Of a DNA stretch of 64,000 nt, positions 24,401-37,260 are shown piece after piece (position 1 is the first letter of the stretch; every line of letters starts with the position of its first letter). The position numbers were made by a program, and so were the translations under genes. The DNA is taken from positions 41,726,001-41,790,000 of the forward strand of contig CM060734.1 in assembly GCA_030704615.1 (NCBI GenBank), written 5' to 3'. This DNA comes from Takakia lepidozioides (lineage: Eukaryota; Plantae; Bryophyta). The notes under the pieces are model-generated. The model saw nothing but the letters and a program-made list of their open reading frames with translations. It did no database searches and had not been told where the DNA came from.

Positions 24401-26679
24401 CCACGCCAAACCATCAGATATCATAAAGGGACAACCATACCTGCAACTGTGTCATCTCTGTGAACAAAAGACATTAGAGATGATGGGGGAATGCCCGGAT
24501 TAGATTTGCTGGCCATTTGTACTTCAATATTGCTCGAGGCATCGTTTCCTTCTCGAAGGGTAGAGGCAGATGCCTGCAAAGCATCAAGTATTTGCTGAGT
24601 GGGAGCAGCAGTTGCAGTTGCCTCTTTGTGAGCATAAAAAGTGACAGAACCGTCAAGATTTATGGCCTTACCAACCGAGCCAACCTCCAGAACTTGGTAA
24701 ATGAGAGAGGCATTTAGCTCGGTCACTGAAGGTCCACCAGCTGTTAGCTCTGCAAGAAACTGACGACTCCCTATATACCCCATCGCCTCTCCCGTCAACA
24801 CAAGAAATACCAACTGTTTCTTCAAGTTCTCAATGCCTTTGATTTGCGAGAGTGCATCAACAGCAGCGAGCAATGCCAGCATTCCTGAGATCACCATCAC
24901 ACAGTAAGTGCGTGTCAGACACCTACTAAGAGAAATAGAGTCTGGCTGTATGAAGTGTTAAGCTTCACCCCAATTATTTTGGGTCAAAGTCAGGGTCATG
25001 GAGCTCTGATTGCCGAATCTGCAACCAGCAAGCCGTTCTCCATTTGTACATGGAAAACATCAAAAGGGTTACCAAGAATCTCGAGTTTCCTGATGAAGAT
25101 ATAGTTCAATGATGCAACATACCTGAAATGGGAGAGTCAGCTCCAGGGGTTACATCACGAAAGAAAGAAGCAGAGTCCATCGAGGCCATGGCCAACACAA
25201 TAGGCTTGGGTGGAGCAGGTGATGAAATGTTGATGGCTGGGAGTGCTGACCAAACACTGTATCCTCCTAGTGGTAGACAAGATAACTCTTTCAGGCAAGT
25301 TACAGATGTGGGCGTCCCTGATTTTGTTGTCTGCATAATTGATGAAAACTCTGCCACTGTCAAAGGAGGCTTGAAATCCGCTTTCTTGTTCTTTGCTGCC
25401 ATTTCTCTTACACCTGCTGTACTCTCCTGTAACCATAGTGACAGACCATAAACATGCAGAACTGAACTCGACCATTCAGATATTGATTCCCAGCCCACCA
25501 CAACTATATGCAAACATGCCAATATTAAGAGTGACCAACTTGAAATCTGAAAATTAATGGACACCTCTTGCATAGATTCCCTAAGGATTTGAAACCCCCT
25601 TCAAGTTCCACCGCTAATAATGCAAATTGCCATTGCCAAGAGCAACCGCAAGTATCTACAGAGGAGGTCTATCAAGAAGCATTTATGGAGTATAGCTAGC
25701 TTGGTTCTGAAACAGGCTCTTCAGTCAAAAACAGTTTTGATCGTTCTTGGTAAATCATTTTGGATGTCAAAGTCCAGGCACGTATCCTAGTTCTCTTTTG
25801 CAAGATTGCCCTGGGCCATAGATAGGGTATTTCTCCAACTGGTTGACTGAATTTGCAACAAAGCCAGCCACATGCCACTAACCAAGAAAAATAAAGGGGC
25901 AGCACAAAGTAAGCCTTGCATCTAACGAAAGCACCTACTTGTGTCTCTTCTCAGGCCAGCTCAGCCATCATGCCTCCGCGGCGAAGGAAACAACCTTGCC
26001 AGTGTCGTCCAATTTACACAGAACAGGGCCTGTAGAGCAGTTCCCACAGCAGTATGTGGATTGTCTCGGGTTTGTGTAAGAAACCCATTTGTCAGGTCTC
26101 TAGAATACCAAGCGTGATATGAAAGAGTACCTGAGAGAGAAGAAATACTGGGAAGTTGAAGCGCTGCTCTAAGATGCCTCGCCCTGTCGGATTCCATTCG
26201 AAGCTCCTGTTCTCATATGGTGCAAATTCCGCTTGAGGAAAAGTCGTGTCCGCAGAGAACCCCAGTTTTTGTACTCCAGATCCTTCAGTCTTTTCTGAAT
26301 CGAATTCCACGAGCAACCCCGCCACTTGTGCAGCAACGGATGACTCTCGCTCCACTCTCTCCAAGAAAGAGGCAAGTTCTGAAGAGGGTAACACAACAGT
26401 TGTGGGAACGTGTAGTTGAACTGACTTTGCAGTCTCAAAGCGTCGTACTGGAGCTACGACGGCACGCCGACCAGGGTTGCCACATCCAACCTCCCCTGTC
26501 AAATTCAGCAGCCGCACGCACGGATACCCTTGCAAGCTTTGGTACATGGCATTTTCAAGGTCTGGAACCGATCGCAAGGGTAAGCTTTCCGCAAACGGAG
26601 ACAGACAGATGCGGGCTAGCAGGACCAAGACAAATAGCCTTGAGGTCACGACTGGCGATGCCCACCAACAAGACTCCAT
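21487..26679 (-). CDS. NCT: Nicastrin (gamma-secretase subunit), multi-exon
   Basis: Signal peptide then GYPCVRLLNLTGEVGCGNP; MDSASFFRD..GADSPISG; TGEAMGYIGSRQF; GIPPSSLMSF; YHSHYDD; C-terminal RYVPAFSPRL...DPVWTESFW plus one TM helix. Approximate exons 26679-26131, 25427-25122, 24884-24440, 23292-23105, 22622-22288 and 21750-21487. Confidence 0.93.
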
Positions 26680-27896
26680 TTTCACCTTCCGTTCGTGACC
26701 TGCTCCTCACTGTTACCGCTGCTCAGACCAGCATCCTGGAAATGGAGAAGGAAAGGACCAAACCGACAAAAAGGGCGAATAAATCAGTAGGTTTTCTCAT
26801 ACTCCAATGACATTGCGGCCAGAAGCTACTAAAGTCCGACACTCATGTGAATTGATCGCGCGCAGAGAAAAAGTGAGAAGTTCTTGGGCCTGCATCCCGA
26901 GAGACGGATGCATGCCAAACTATGTGGGAGCTGACATTGATCCAAAGGAGTCGCATGCCTCCACTAGCCTACACTAAGCAAACCGCAAGCGCAAGTTAAG
27001 ATGTAAGACAGAATTAATGAGCCGGTAGACCAAATTTCTTGTAGTCTGAATGGGGTACCCGTTCAACAAAATGCCACATCTTGGCTTCTTGTGGAACGTT
27101 GGGGACATATCCACAGGGCCCACCTCTGAAATGGGAGGGGGGGCAATAGCTGAAAGGTGAAGGCTCTTTAGTAAGGCTCGCTTTGCCCAAACTCTTCTCT
27201 CTCTTGGCTTATTTCCAATTAGCTTGTAGGATCCTCTAGTCTAAAGAGCTGGGTATGCCGCTGCAAATGAGTTATACTGGGCAGTTTGCATATGATGGAT
27301 GGATATGAATTTGGGTGGGACACCGTTTTCAGAGTTTTATGAGTACCCCTTTTGGTGTGGGCACTGTGTTTGTAATATAGAACTGTTTTTTCAGTAGTTT
27401 TTTTTGTTCGGGCTCCCTTTGTACATGAAACGCATGGGCATACTTTGGAGGAGATGCAGGCTTCCTTTGTCATTCACTTGTGTCAAGTTCAGTTTGCAAC
27501 ACCCCTTTTCTTGCATTGGTCCGCTGACCTTTCACTTGCGCTTCATTTCATTCTGGAAAACATCTGGTACGTAGGTTTTTGTGAGGTGAAGTTAACTGTT
27601 CATTTGATATTGGGGGCACACCAATTTCCATCAGCCTCTCCGGCTCCACTGCAACCTTACATAGTTTTCTCCAACCTGACAGCTTCGCAAAAATAAGGCA
27701 CTCTGCACACTGCTGCATGCATATCAAGTGGCCTTGAGTGCTCCCATTGCTGTTTCTATCTGTTGACAACATATCTGCCACAAAAAGAAAACATTCTCTG
27801 CTATCTGCAGAAACAACCCAGGAAATTTTTTGCAGCTCGGCTTTATGAAAATTTTCTGAGTTGGTAACTGACTGTAAGGACTAAAGAAGGAATGCT

Positions 27897-30726
27897 TTAC
27901 GATCGCAGCGATGTCTGAGCAAGAAGAGCATGGAACATGGTCACCCAGTGGTCAGGCACGCCGGGTGTGCACCAGCTGCTACAATCAACAACCGGAGTAC
28001 TGCTTCTGCTTCGCTGCCCCTTCCGCCGCTTGCGCAGCAAACGACGGTGTCCACCTCTTGTTGGTGAGGCCAAAGGCAACATGCCAGGGTGTCCATCCAT
28101 ACGCTCCAGACTCATTTCCGTTATATCCTGCACTTCAATACCGGGCCACCTTTATCAGTACGCTTCAAAATGTCAATCAATCAGAGGCAAGAAACCAGTA
28201 AAAGCCACGTTGGCTTGCTCATCAGGTCTCAATGCATATCCCAACTACTGCAGATTCACAATGCAGCTCTAGGTTTTCCAAAAACTAGATGCCCCTGTAG
28301 GGAACCATGCAACAGACCATGGTCAACCAGCCTGAGAGCGGATTGAACAGCTCCTTTTGAATCTCTACACATTGCTCGCGAGCAACAACACTGCTGGCCA
28401 TGCGCGCCGGCTCCAGCACGTCATCCCCACCACACCTCTGCTGCTTACCATCCTGCATTTCCCCCCTTCTCCCACATCCTCAGTGTCCAAACGTCCAAAC
28501 CCCATCCTTTGCCACTAATTCCCACTAATCCAGTTAGAACTTCAGCGAGGCAAAATGAGCAGGAAGGCTTACCAGCCAGTGCAAAGGAGAGTATGTGCGG
28601 TATAGCTTCAGTCCTTTGAATGCGGAATTCTGCAGGAGCCAACCACACTTGTCCATTGATTCGTGCATGCCTGTTCTGACCAGCACCGGGGCACTAACCA
28701 AGGCCACAAGCAGCCTAAATGAAAAGACATTTTCTTCTTTGACAGAGAGCCCTTCCCATGCACTGAGTGCTGGCTGACCAAGAAGTATGACCTCAATATC
28801 AGTATGAACCTCACCTCAATGAAAGATCTGACGGTCTCGAGAGAATGTCGATAAGCTACAGACCAATCCATATACACCACTTCCTGATTGCTGAAAAGTA
28901 TTTTACTAACACGAGAGTTCCAGTGGCTTCCTGAACTCAGCACCAACACATCCACTGACTGCTCTAAAGCATCCGCCCATCGCGCATCTACACCCACCTT
29001 TCACATCCATTCAAGACTCATCGTACATACATGAGTGATACAGGGGGAGGAATGTTGTCTCCAGGTTAAGGATTACTCAAAGTGAAGAAGAAATTTAGAA
29101 CATGTGTGGGAGGTCCTCTGGGTCCAAAGTGAGAGAAGACAGAGAGAAATAAAGAAACAAAGAAGTTACAAAGATGCCATATAACAACCCCAGAGGACCA
29201 TGAGAGAGAAAGAGAGGGGAAATACAGTCTTCTTCAAGCCAAGGAACAACAAGGTGACATGAGAGATGGAAAGTGCATGGGTAGGCACTACTCTCACCAA
29301 CACTATCAATATGCAGCAACACTTGGTCATGCTTGTATTTGATGCCTGCCTTGTGGAATGAAGCCTCTGACTCATCCCAGGCAACTAGCCACTCTATCTG
29401 CAATTGCTTCACAACAATGCCATGCGCTTGTATGTAATACACATGGCTGCCCTGCATTCAACGGATACCCCATCTTAAATAAATCATAAAAATCAGCAGC
29501 CTAAAGTGAGTCTAGATGTGCCTATGAAAGTTGATTAGATAATCTGGTATCCTGCTCCTTCTCCGCCAAGGAAGAGAGTGGAGAGTTGGTGTGCCCATGT
29601 TAAAAGTTAGTCTCTTAGAACCGGCATTCGGGAGAGAGAAAGAGAGAAAAAAGAGAGGAATCCAAACATACTGAAAAAGGGTAACTACAAGAGAAGGCGG
29701 ATAAACCTATATCAAAATCTTAATGCCCTGTCCTTGAGTTTGATGGGTCATGAACAAAGACCTCACCTGAAGACCATGAGATGTATAGGGCTGGACCTTC
29801 ACAGGAGCAAAGGTGGCCAGAGCACATAGGAGAGCTTCAGCAAAGGTGGAGCTGACAGAGTCACCAACAATTAACACTGTCTGATTCTGCAGCTGCTGCA
29901 AGAGCTTCTTGCCGTCCAGTGGCCATGGCAGCGGGCAATCTAATGGCACCCATTGCCGCTGCAGATACTTAGTATCCAAGCCCCTGTGATCACATCTGCG
30001 CGTAGGAGAAATTAACGGACAGGAAAGACCTGTGTACAATGGCTTTTCTGCATTCTCCACCCATGCTCCAATAGTCACATCACAGGTCTCAAACGTGCTC
30101 AAGGTGTAATTCGACCACATATCTTCCTGCACTCTTTCCGTGTCACTATCTACTCCGTCACACGCTAATTCATCTCCTTCCACCTGCCCCTCTGGTGTTC
30201 CCAAAGCGAGTTCCATTCTGTCCAGATCTGCTTCCTCTTCCCTGATTTCTGTTCCTACAATCTTGCCATCCAACAGACTTGCAGGTGGGAATCCACCTTG
30301 GGTTTGTGCATGCGTGGTCCCACCCCCACGAGTCGGATGTTGAGCGAGGGTGCCAGCTCTGTGATCTGTAGAGTTGTGGCTTTGATCTTTTTCGTGCCTT
30401 AGCTCTGGTCGTCCTTCCACCCAATTAACCTTCGACTGCTCTGAAGCTTGTATCTCCTCATACTGCTGGCCCTGCTTTTGTATGGAATTTGTGGAAAACG
30501 AAGAGAACAGTGGAGAGGGTTGCAGAGGAAAACAATCTAGAAGCAAGGCAATGAGCACTAGAATCAGGCTCCCACAGCACATACCCCCTATCCGCCATCT
30601 CCAGCAATTGGCAGTTGTCATACGAAAGCATGAATCGTAACCACCATCCCCTCCTTGCACACTGTCTCTCTGAATTGGGTGCCTGCTGGTTGAAGACCGA
30701 AGCACGAGATCAATCAACCGAACCAT
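27897..30726 (-). CDS. Trichome birefringence-like (TBL/PC-esterase, DUF231) polysaccharide O-acetyltransferase-like protein
   Basis: N-terminal TM helix; CDVTIGAWV...YTGLSCPLI...C...YLQRQWVPLDC (PMR5N); VGDS motif; VLVLSSGSHW; YRTYSPLHW; DITEMSLERMDGHP; C-terminal DCSSWCTPGVPDHW. Start could be the Met at ~30621. Confidence 0.9.
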
Positions 30727-32489
30727 TTGTCTCCAGGTAATCTAGTTCAGTTGGTTCTCGCCCATGAAGTATCTTTCTCTTATGACATCGACGGCTCTCA
30801 CCAGTGTGTAACCCACCAATTCCCGACGGAGAGCGAGCATTGATATCTTGCAGGAGGTGAGTTGCAACCAAAAACTGGCCCATTTTTGTGCAAAGCCTAG
30901 CTACACAACCCACATCCATACAAGCACAGCTCAGGATCCTAGCATCTACACAGGCTAGCATGTATCCAAAAGACAAAGGGACCCACCTCTCCAGCTTTCT
31001 ACCTCAAAGCGATGCCCAGTGAGGAACTGTGGAATACAGCTGGAGCGATAGCAGAAGAATGAATATGACAAACAGACATTGCCACGCAACTATATCCACC
31101 TCCACCTGCCTATCTCTTCTTTTCCTTCAACTCCTGATACATTCCTGGAATCTTAACAGATATATCAACCATACAAATGGCGCCATCTGGAGTGGGTGTG
31201 GGTGTGTGGATTCCGCCAAGGTGGTCATCCTCTCCAATCAGCATGGCAGTTTGTGAGGTGGGAATGGTGAATGTCACAAGATGGCGGTTGCGGCGGTTGG
31301 GCTGTTCAGCTAGCTACCTACTTCTGTAATGGTTTTGTCCAAAAGAAAAGAACCATAGAAAAGAATAGAAAAGAATATTCCGTAGCAAATTCTAGGTTTT
31401 TTCATGGATGAAATCGTCCAAAACAAAATAAAAATTATGGATGATTTCGCCAAATATGGATGATATGAATGGATGAGAGTATGGATGTGGATGATTCTGT
31501 CTTAATTTGAATGGATGAACAGAATATATGCCTAATGTTTGCAAAACTCTGTAGCCACTCGTGCTATTTTCCGAATTATTAAAAAAAAACTCTGCTGGGG
31601 TCAATTTCTGGTTTGTTTTTATTTTTATTTTTCACAGAACCTTAAAGCTCCAAAAAAAAAAAATTAGCTGATTTTTGTGCTGATGCCTAGTTAGCGGCAG
31701 TTTCCTTCTTATCTGTTTGCCTAATTTCGGAGCTCTGACTCTGATCGATACCCTCATGTGATCTAGAGTTTCTCAGTGGGCTTGGTGTTGCCCCAGCTTT
31801 TCTCCCACTTCCCTCCCCATGTTTGTTTGTTTTCGGGTTGTTCCCCATGCGTAAATGCCTTCACGCCCCGCGGAGGTTATTTTTTCCTCCTGTTCTTTTT
31901 ATCCAAATTAATAAATTTGGGGCTGGTCCCTTTCTCTAAAAAAATAAAACAAATGCCAAAGAATTCAACTAGAATGGTGGGATTGCAGGGTCACTTGAGA
32001 ACCCGTTATGTCCCTTCCTGTTCGTGTTGTCACAAATGGCAGTGACAATGTGTGTTTCTAGAATATCCCCTACCCACCTGACTTCAGGCACATGAATCGT
32101 GCATAGAGCTACCTACCTTATGCATTCCATGTGGAATGATTTGATAGAAATGCGATACTAAACCTGGCAGATTGCATAAGCAATCTGAAGCACATCACGT
32201 AAGCATAAATACTTAGTGAACTAACCATGAATGCAAGAAGGATCAAGTGCAGGAAGACACCCCTATGATATACTAGATGTAGGTCGTGACTGATTGTTCG
32301 GAGCGGGCTGAATACTTAGAGTTCTCTAGCTCTTCTTCCCTTGAGTATCCACCAAGGATAGCTAAGGGATGTGTCGTGCGCATACGTATCGCTACACAAC
32401 TACATCGTTGTCCAAACCACACCACACATATATGCACAATAAAGTAGTCTCCCACAATCGCCTCCCTAGTTGGTGATTAGGTCCCTCTA

Positions 32490-33195
32490 ACTAGCAGGAC
32501 TGGTATATGAAGTATCAGTAACCATTCTCAGAATGGAGGATGTGGCGGAAGGATATTCGCTACTACTTGGCCGACCATGGTTAACACAAGCCCAATCGCA
32601 CCACGATTGGAGAAGCCAGACTCTCACGATAAAAAATGGATCAGAACAAGTCACTATCACCACGAAGCAACGAGGTGCGATTCCACGAGAGAAACGACCT
32701 TGCATAGTGGAAGAGTATGACTGGTCCAGTGGACTATCAGATGAAGAAGAAGCCAGAGTATATGCAACACATCCACAGATAGAACCCATTGGTCAATTAG
32801 TGGTAAAAAATACCACAACAGTAGGATGTCACATGGTGAACACCCAATGAGAACCAAGTACTCCAATACCGGAAGAGTCTGAGAAAGAAGCTTATATGGA
32901 CACACCTCAACGCCCTGCCCGTTTTTATCAAGAAAGAGAAGAGGACATTAACATCAGTGAAGTATCTGCCACGATTGCAACCATCTGACATGAGATTGCA
33001 GGATGGACAATAATGGAAGAAACACAATTGATTCAAGTGAATCTGGAAACAGTGGAAGAACCACAGATAATACGAGTAAATGCAGGTCTTGAAGAATCAT
33101 TTCTACAAGAGGCCACTACATTATTCACTAAATACATGTATTGGCTTGGAACTACAAAGATTTGAAGGGCATACCTTCCAACATCTGTCATTGAG
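32490..33195 (+). mobile_element. Degenerate Ty3/gypsy LTR-retrotransposon pol fragment (protease C-term to start of RT)
   Basis: YSLLLGRPWL..AQSHHDW (aspartic protease end) and, after frameshifts, LAWNYKDLKGIPSNICH (pre-RT motif of Tat/Athila-like elements). Confidence 0.75.
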
Positions 33196-34953
33196 TACAA
33201 TAGGGACAGTGATAGAGGACTTAGTACGGCTGTGGCTATTACATCTTGTAGCTATCTGGAGTCTATAGATCAAGATGCCGGGTACAAGAGTAGCCCCATC
33301 GTTAGTCGCCGTTTTACAATCTGTGAACTTGAGCCAGGATCTCGTGTGTTGATCTCCTAGTAGTTTGGTCTTGCATTTCTTGTTAGCCTTCTATGGTTGT
33401 ATCCACTCTCATTATCCAATGCAATGTGGACATAACCAATCCCCATTAGGAACCATCTCAAGAGGTAGAGTCAAGCATTCCATATGCCAACCTCTAGAGC
33501 ATCGATCACACACCAGCAGGGTGGCTGCCCCTCTAGCAAACCCACACAACATGCACCTCAAACTTCACTACAAGAGATGAGCGTTTTTAGGACTACGGCT
33601 TTGGCGGAGTCATAAAAACTGCACTAGGTAGATGACTACAGAGCGGTAAAATGCATTGCAGTCATAGTTTTATGACTTTGTAGTAATGGATATCACTACA
33701 TGACTCCGGAAAGTTAGGGAGCATTGGTCAAACATTGTTGACCATGATGACAGGGATGGTTTATATGACTAGTGTGATATGTTTGACTACACGTGGACGA
33801 CGTTTCATGGAATCTTATGACTCCATGACTGAAGATGGTTTCAGAGCTCTATTTATACGACTACATCACTACACGTGTCATTTTGAAGGCACATATAATG
33901 CAAATAAGGTTGCCCATTAGGTTTAAAAAAGTTCAAAAGTTGCTAATAAGGTTGCCCATTAGGGTAATCGTGAACAGAAATGAGGATTGGGACTTGGCGT
34001 TTTTTTTGTCTCCTGCGCCACACCACATAGCCGAGGGATGGAACGTGATGATAGCAGGATATGCAGGGGCGTGGGATGGAGGCGTTGAGCAAATGATGCA
34101 CGAAGGAGAAGAGGAGGAGGAGAGGAGACGAGGAGAAGCGAGCTCGCCGTTCTTGGGAGAGTCAGCTTGGTCTTAGCAGGCGTGTTTCAATCTTTGACTA
34201 CTCAGGTACGCCGTAGTGGTTCGATCTCATAGACCAATCCAACATTACTTGAGTACAGACACAAGCAGCACACACAAGAGGTCCTTTTAGGTTGATGGTC
34301 GGTCAAATCCTCCATGGGTCAGGACAGGTCAAGGACAATGTGGTAGGGCACCTTCTTCTTCAACCTATTTCAGCCTGTGTTGCCCTCTCATCAGACTCGG
34401 CCGCAAGATGCATATTGAATTATGTAAGTTAGGTCGTTGGGTAGATCTGTGGTGGTTTGGAGTGACTTTGGCAAGTTACTGCCAGTGTGGCAACAGGGAA
34501 GTATCCAAAAACATATAATAGAGGTGAGGAGAAGCTTTGGGGTGAACACTTTCCGACCCCAGTCAATGGTGGGACAATGGAGACAAAAAGGCGAATGCCT
34601 GTTGGACTACAGAGAGAAGCAGATGCATTTCAGATTGTGATAAGTAGGGTTGGGGTGTTTTGGGGAAGAACTCCACACCAGTATGGTTGGGGTGTTTGCT
34701 GGTAGAATTCTAGGCTGTCAAAGGCATGGATAGCTGAAGGAGCAGGGATAGAGTGTGGGTCCAGATTCATCCAAGAGGGCTGGATTTCAAGCTCCACATT
34801 ACCTATGATTCCCTGTGGAAGGATAGCTACAAGAAACCTACATGGGTAGATGGTCAACTGGAAGCGGCAGCAGCAGCGGCACAATTGATAAGGTTAGGCA
34901 CTTCTACTGAAGGCACCTCCTTCAGCACATTTCACCCTGTTTTTCCCTCTTAT

Positions 34954-36021
34954 CCGTTTTTTGCGAGCTGTCTTCTCTTATCTGTTTGTCTGCCCAGTCT
35001 TCAGTGAATGCGTCAATGCTTTGTGTTTTGGCTTCTTCCTCGCTTTTGTCACCCTCTCCCATGAATATCTCTGGTTGGCGCTCAAACCCTGTTGAGCTGT
35101 AGATGTTGTCCATGCCAATGCATTCTTCTTCACCAAATCCATGTTTTTGCCCTAAATCATTGATGTATTGCCTGGATTTCTGCAGAATAGGCATCACATC
35201 CCCTATTTCGGCCTTCTTTGCACTTCCCCGTGTCAACATGTTGATGTGGGGTGTTGTTGTAGTCTTATTGGAGTGTGATCACTTATATGGTATATCTCGT
35301 CCAACTCATCCAGTGCCTCCACTCATTATGAGTGAACTGACATGATACTTGTGCTGTTGGTTGCATCATGTACTCCGTGCTTGGCAGTGGGTAAGCTTCT
35401 CCTCCTTCCACGTACTCATTGATCACTGCAAAATGTACTCCATACATCTTCCCTTGAGGTCCTGCCCTTTTTTTTGCTTCTGTGATTGATTCAGCTTTGC
35501 TGAAAGTTTGCCGAGACCCATGTTGGGTTAGTGTGTGACGACTGTGTCTCATGTTATTACAGATTTTGCAGAGTGTTCTTTGTTTGGGCCTTTTGATGCC
35601 TTGTCTGATGGACTCAGGTTTGTCAAAATCAACTTGTATCCACTCTGCTTCCATGTTGTTGCTGTCAGCAACTTGTTCTTCTGCCAGCTGAACCCCGACA
35701 GGGCCTGGGTCTTCCCTTCTGCCCGCATCAGAGCATTTCCCAATGTCTGTAGTTGCTTCATCCTTCCTCAACTCCACCCTCTCTTTGGCAGGTTGCGCAC
35801 CTTCACCACCTTTGTTGTTTTTTGATTTGCACATGGTATCTGCTGCTTGCGTATCCTCATTGTAGTATTGAATATGCCCTGTAGGCATTGGCCTTACAAA
35901 GCCATTGTGCTCACTCTGGGTTTGGGTCATAGAACTTGGTCTGACCGCTGTCTGTTGATGCATCAGATACACACCCATGCTGTTGCTTCCATTCCATCCC
36001 TCTGGGTTCTCTTTCCAATCA
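34954..36021 (-). other. ~1.07 kb insertion interrupting a PPR-leader repeat inside the Pack-CACTA; low-complexity coding remnant (possibly LINE ORF1-derived)
   Basis: CCCTCTTATC|...|AGAATCGGCCCTAAAT is contiguous in the sibling copy at ~44375-44400; minus ORFs 35283-35978 and 34922-35239 lie inside. Confidence 0.5.
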
Positions 36022-36573
36022 CAGAATCGGCCCTAAATTTCCATGTTGAATTCTGCAAGTTAGCTGGTTGAGTGAATCTAGTTTGCAGCGAGTTTGACAT
36101 GATACTGCTAATGTGACAACATGAAAGTATGTAACAGAGATGAGGAGAAGCTGTGGAATGGATACTTTTGTGACCCCAATTAACGGTGAGACAATCGAGG
36201 CAAAAAGGTGAATGTCTGTTAGATTACAGAGAGTAACGACGCAATTCAACATAGGAACTAGGATCATAAGCTGAGTTGGGTGTCTAGGCTGTTATTGTCA
36301 GCTGCTAGCAGCAAGGCAAGGATGAATGCATGATTTGTGCAGACGCATGGATAGCTGAAGAAGCAGGGATAGAGAGTGGGTACAGATTCTTCCAAGAGGG
36401 CCAGATTTCAAGCACAAAATTACCTATGATTCCCTGTGGATCAATAGCCACAAGAAACCTGCATAGGTAGATGGTCAACTGAAGGCAGCAGCTGCAGCAG
36501 CACAGTTGATAAAACCAAGCACCTGAACCGTGACCACAGCTTCTGGAAGCGGATGAAGAGAGGGAGTCCACAA

Positions 36574-37260
36574 TGTCTCTTCTGGCACTTATGGGCATGT
36601 GAAGATGCTTTGTGAGGCAGGCAGACTGACAGAGGCTCTACAAACTTTAAACCAAGGAGGCATTTCAGCAGATTCAGATACGTATCTCTGTCTCTTGCAT
36701 AAGTGCATCAAGGTGAAAGGCCTGGAAGCTGAAAAGTAGGTGCAAACTCACATTATCCAAAGTGGATTCATGCCAAATGTTTTTCTCCTCAACACCCTTG
36801 TCAACATGTATGTTAAGTGCGGGAGCATCATGGATGCTCACCAAGTGTTCAACAGAATGCCTCAATGATCTTTGATACGTGGAATATAATGTTGGCAGGA
36901 TTTACCAAGCATGGGTGTGGTAGGAATGCTTTGGAGACCTATGAGCAAATGTTGCGCGAAGGGGTGAAGCCCAACCACATCACGTTTGTTTGTGTTTGCA
37001 ATGCGTGTGCAAGCCTGGGACTTCTGGAAAAGGGGAAAGAGGTCCATGGTGACATCATCAAAGCTGGAATTGTACCAGATGTCATTCTGAACACTGCCCT
37101 GGTGGACATGTATGCAAAATGTGGGTGCATTAAGGATGCGAAGGGAGTTTTCAACACTATGGCTGAACGAAATGTGGTGTCATGGAATGCGATGCTTGTA
37201 GGGTATGCAGAGCAGGGACATGGTATGGAGACCTATGATCAAATGATGGGGGAAGGGGGC
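36574..37260 (+). pseudogene. PLS-class PPR gene fragment captured in the Pack-CACTA
   Basis: VKMLCEAGRLTEALQTL...NTLVNMYVKCGS..DA; WNIMLAGFTKHGCGRNALETYEQMLREGVKPNHITFVCV; NTALVDMYAKCGCIKDAKGVFNTMAERNVVSWNAML; stop/frameshift present; truncated. Confidence 0.9.

Noticed and set aside
31390-31540. ATGGATG-rich possible MITE end
   Set aside because: No matching opposite end or TSD found.
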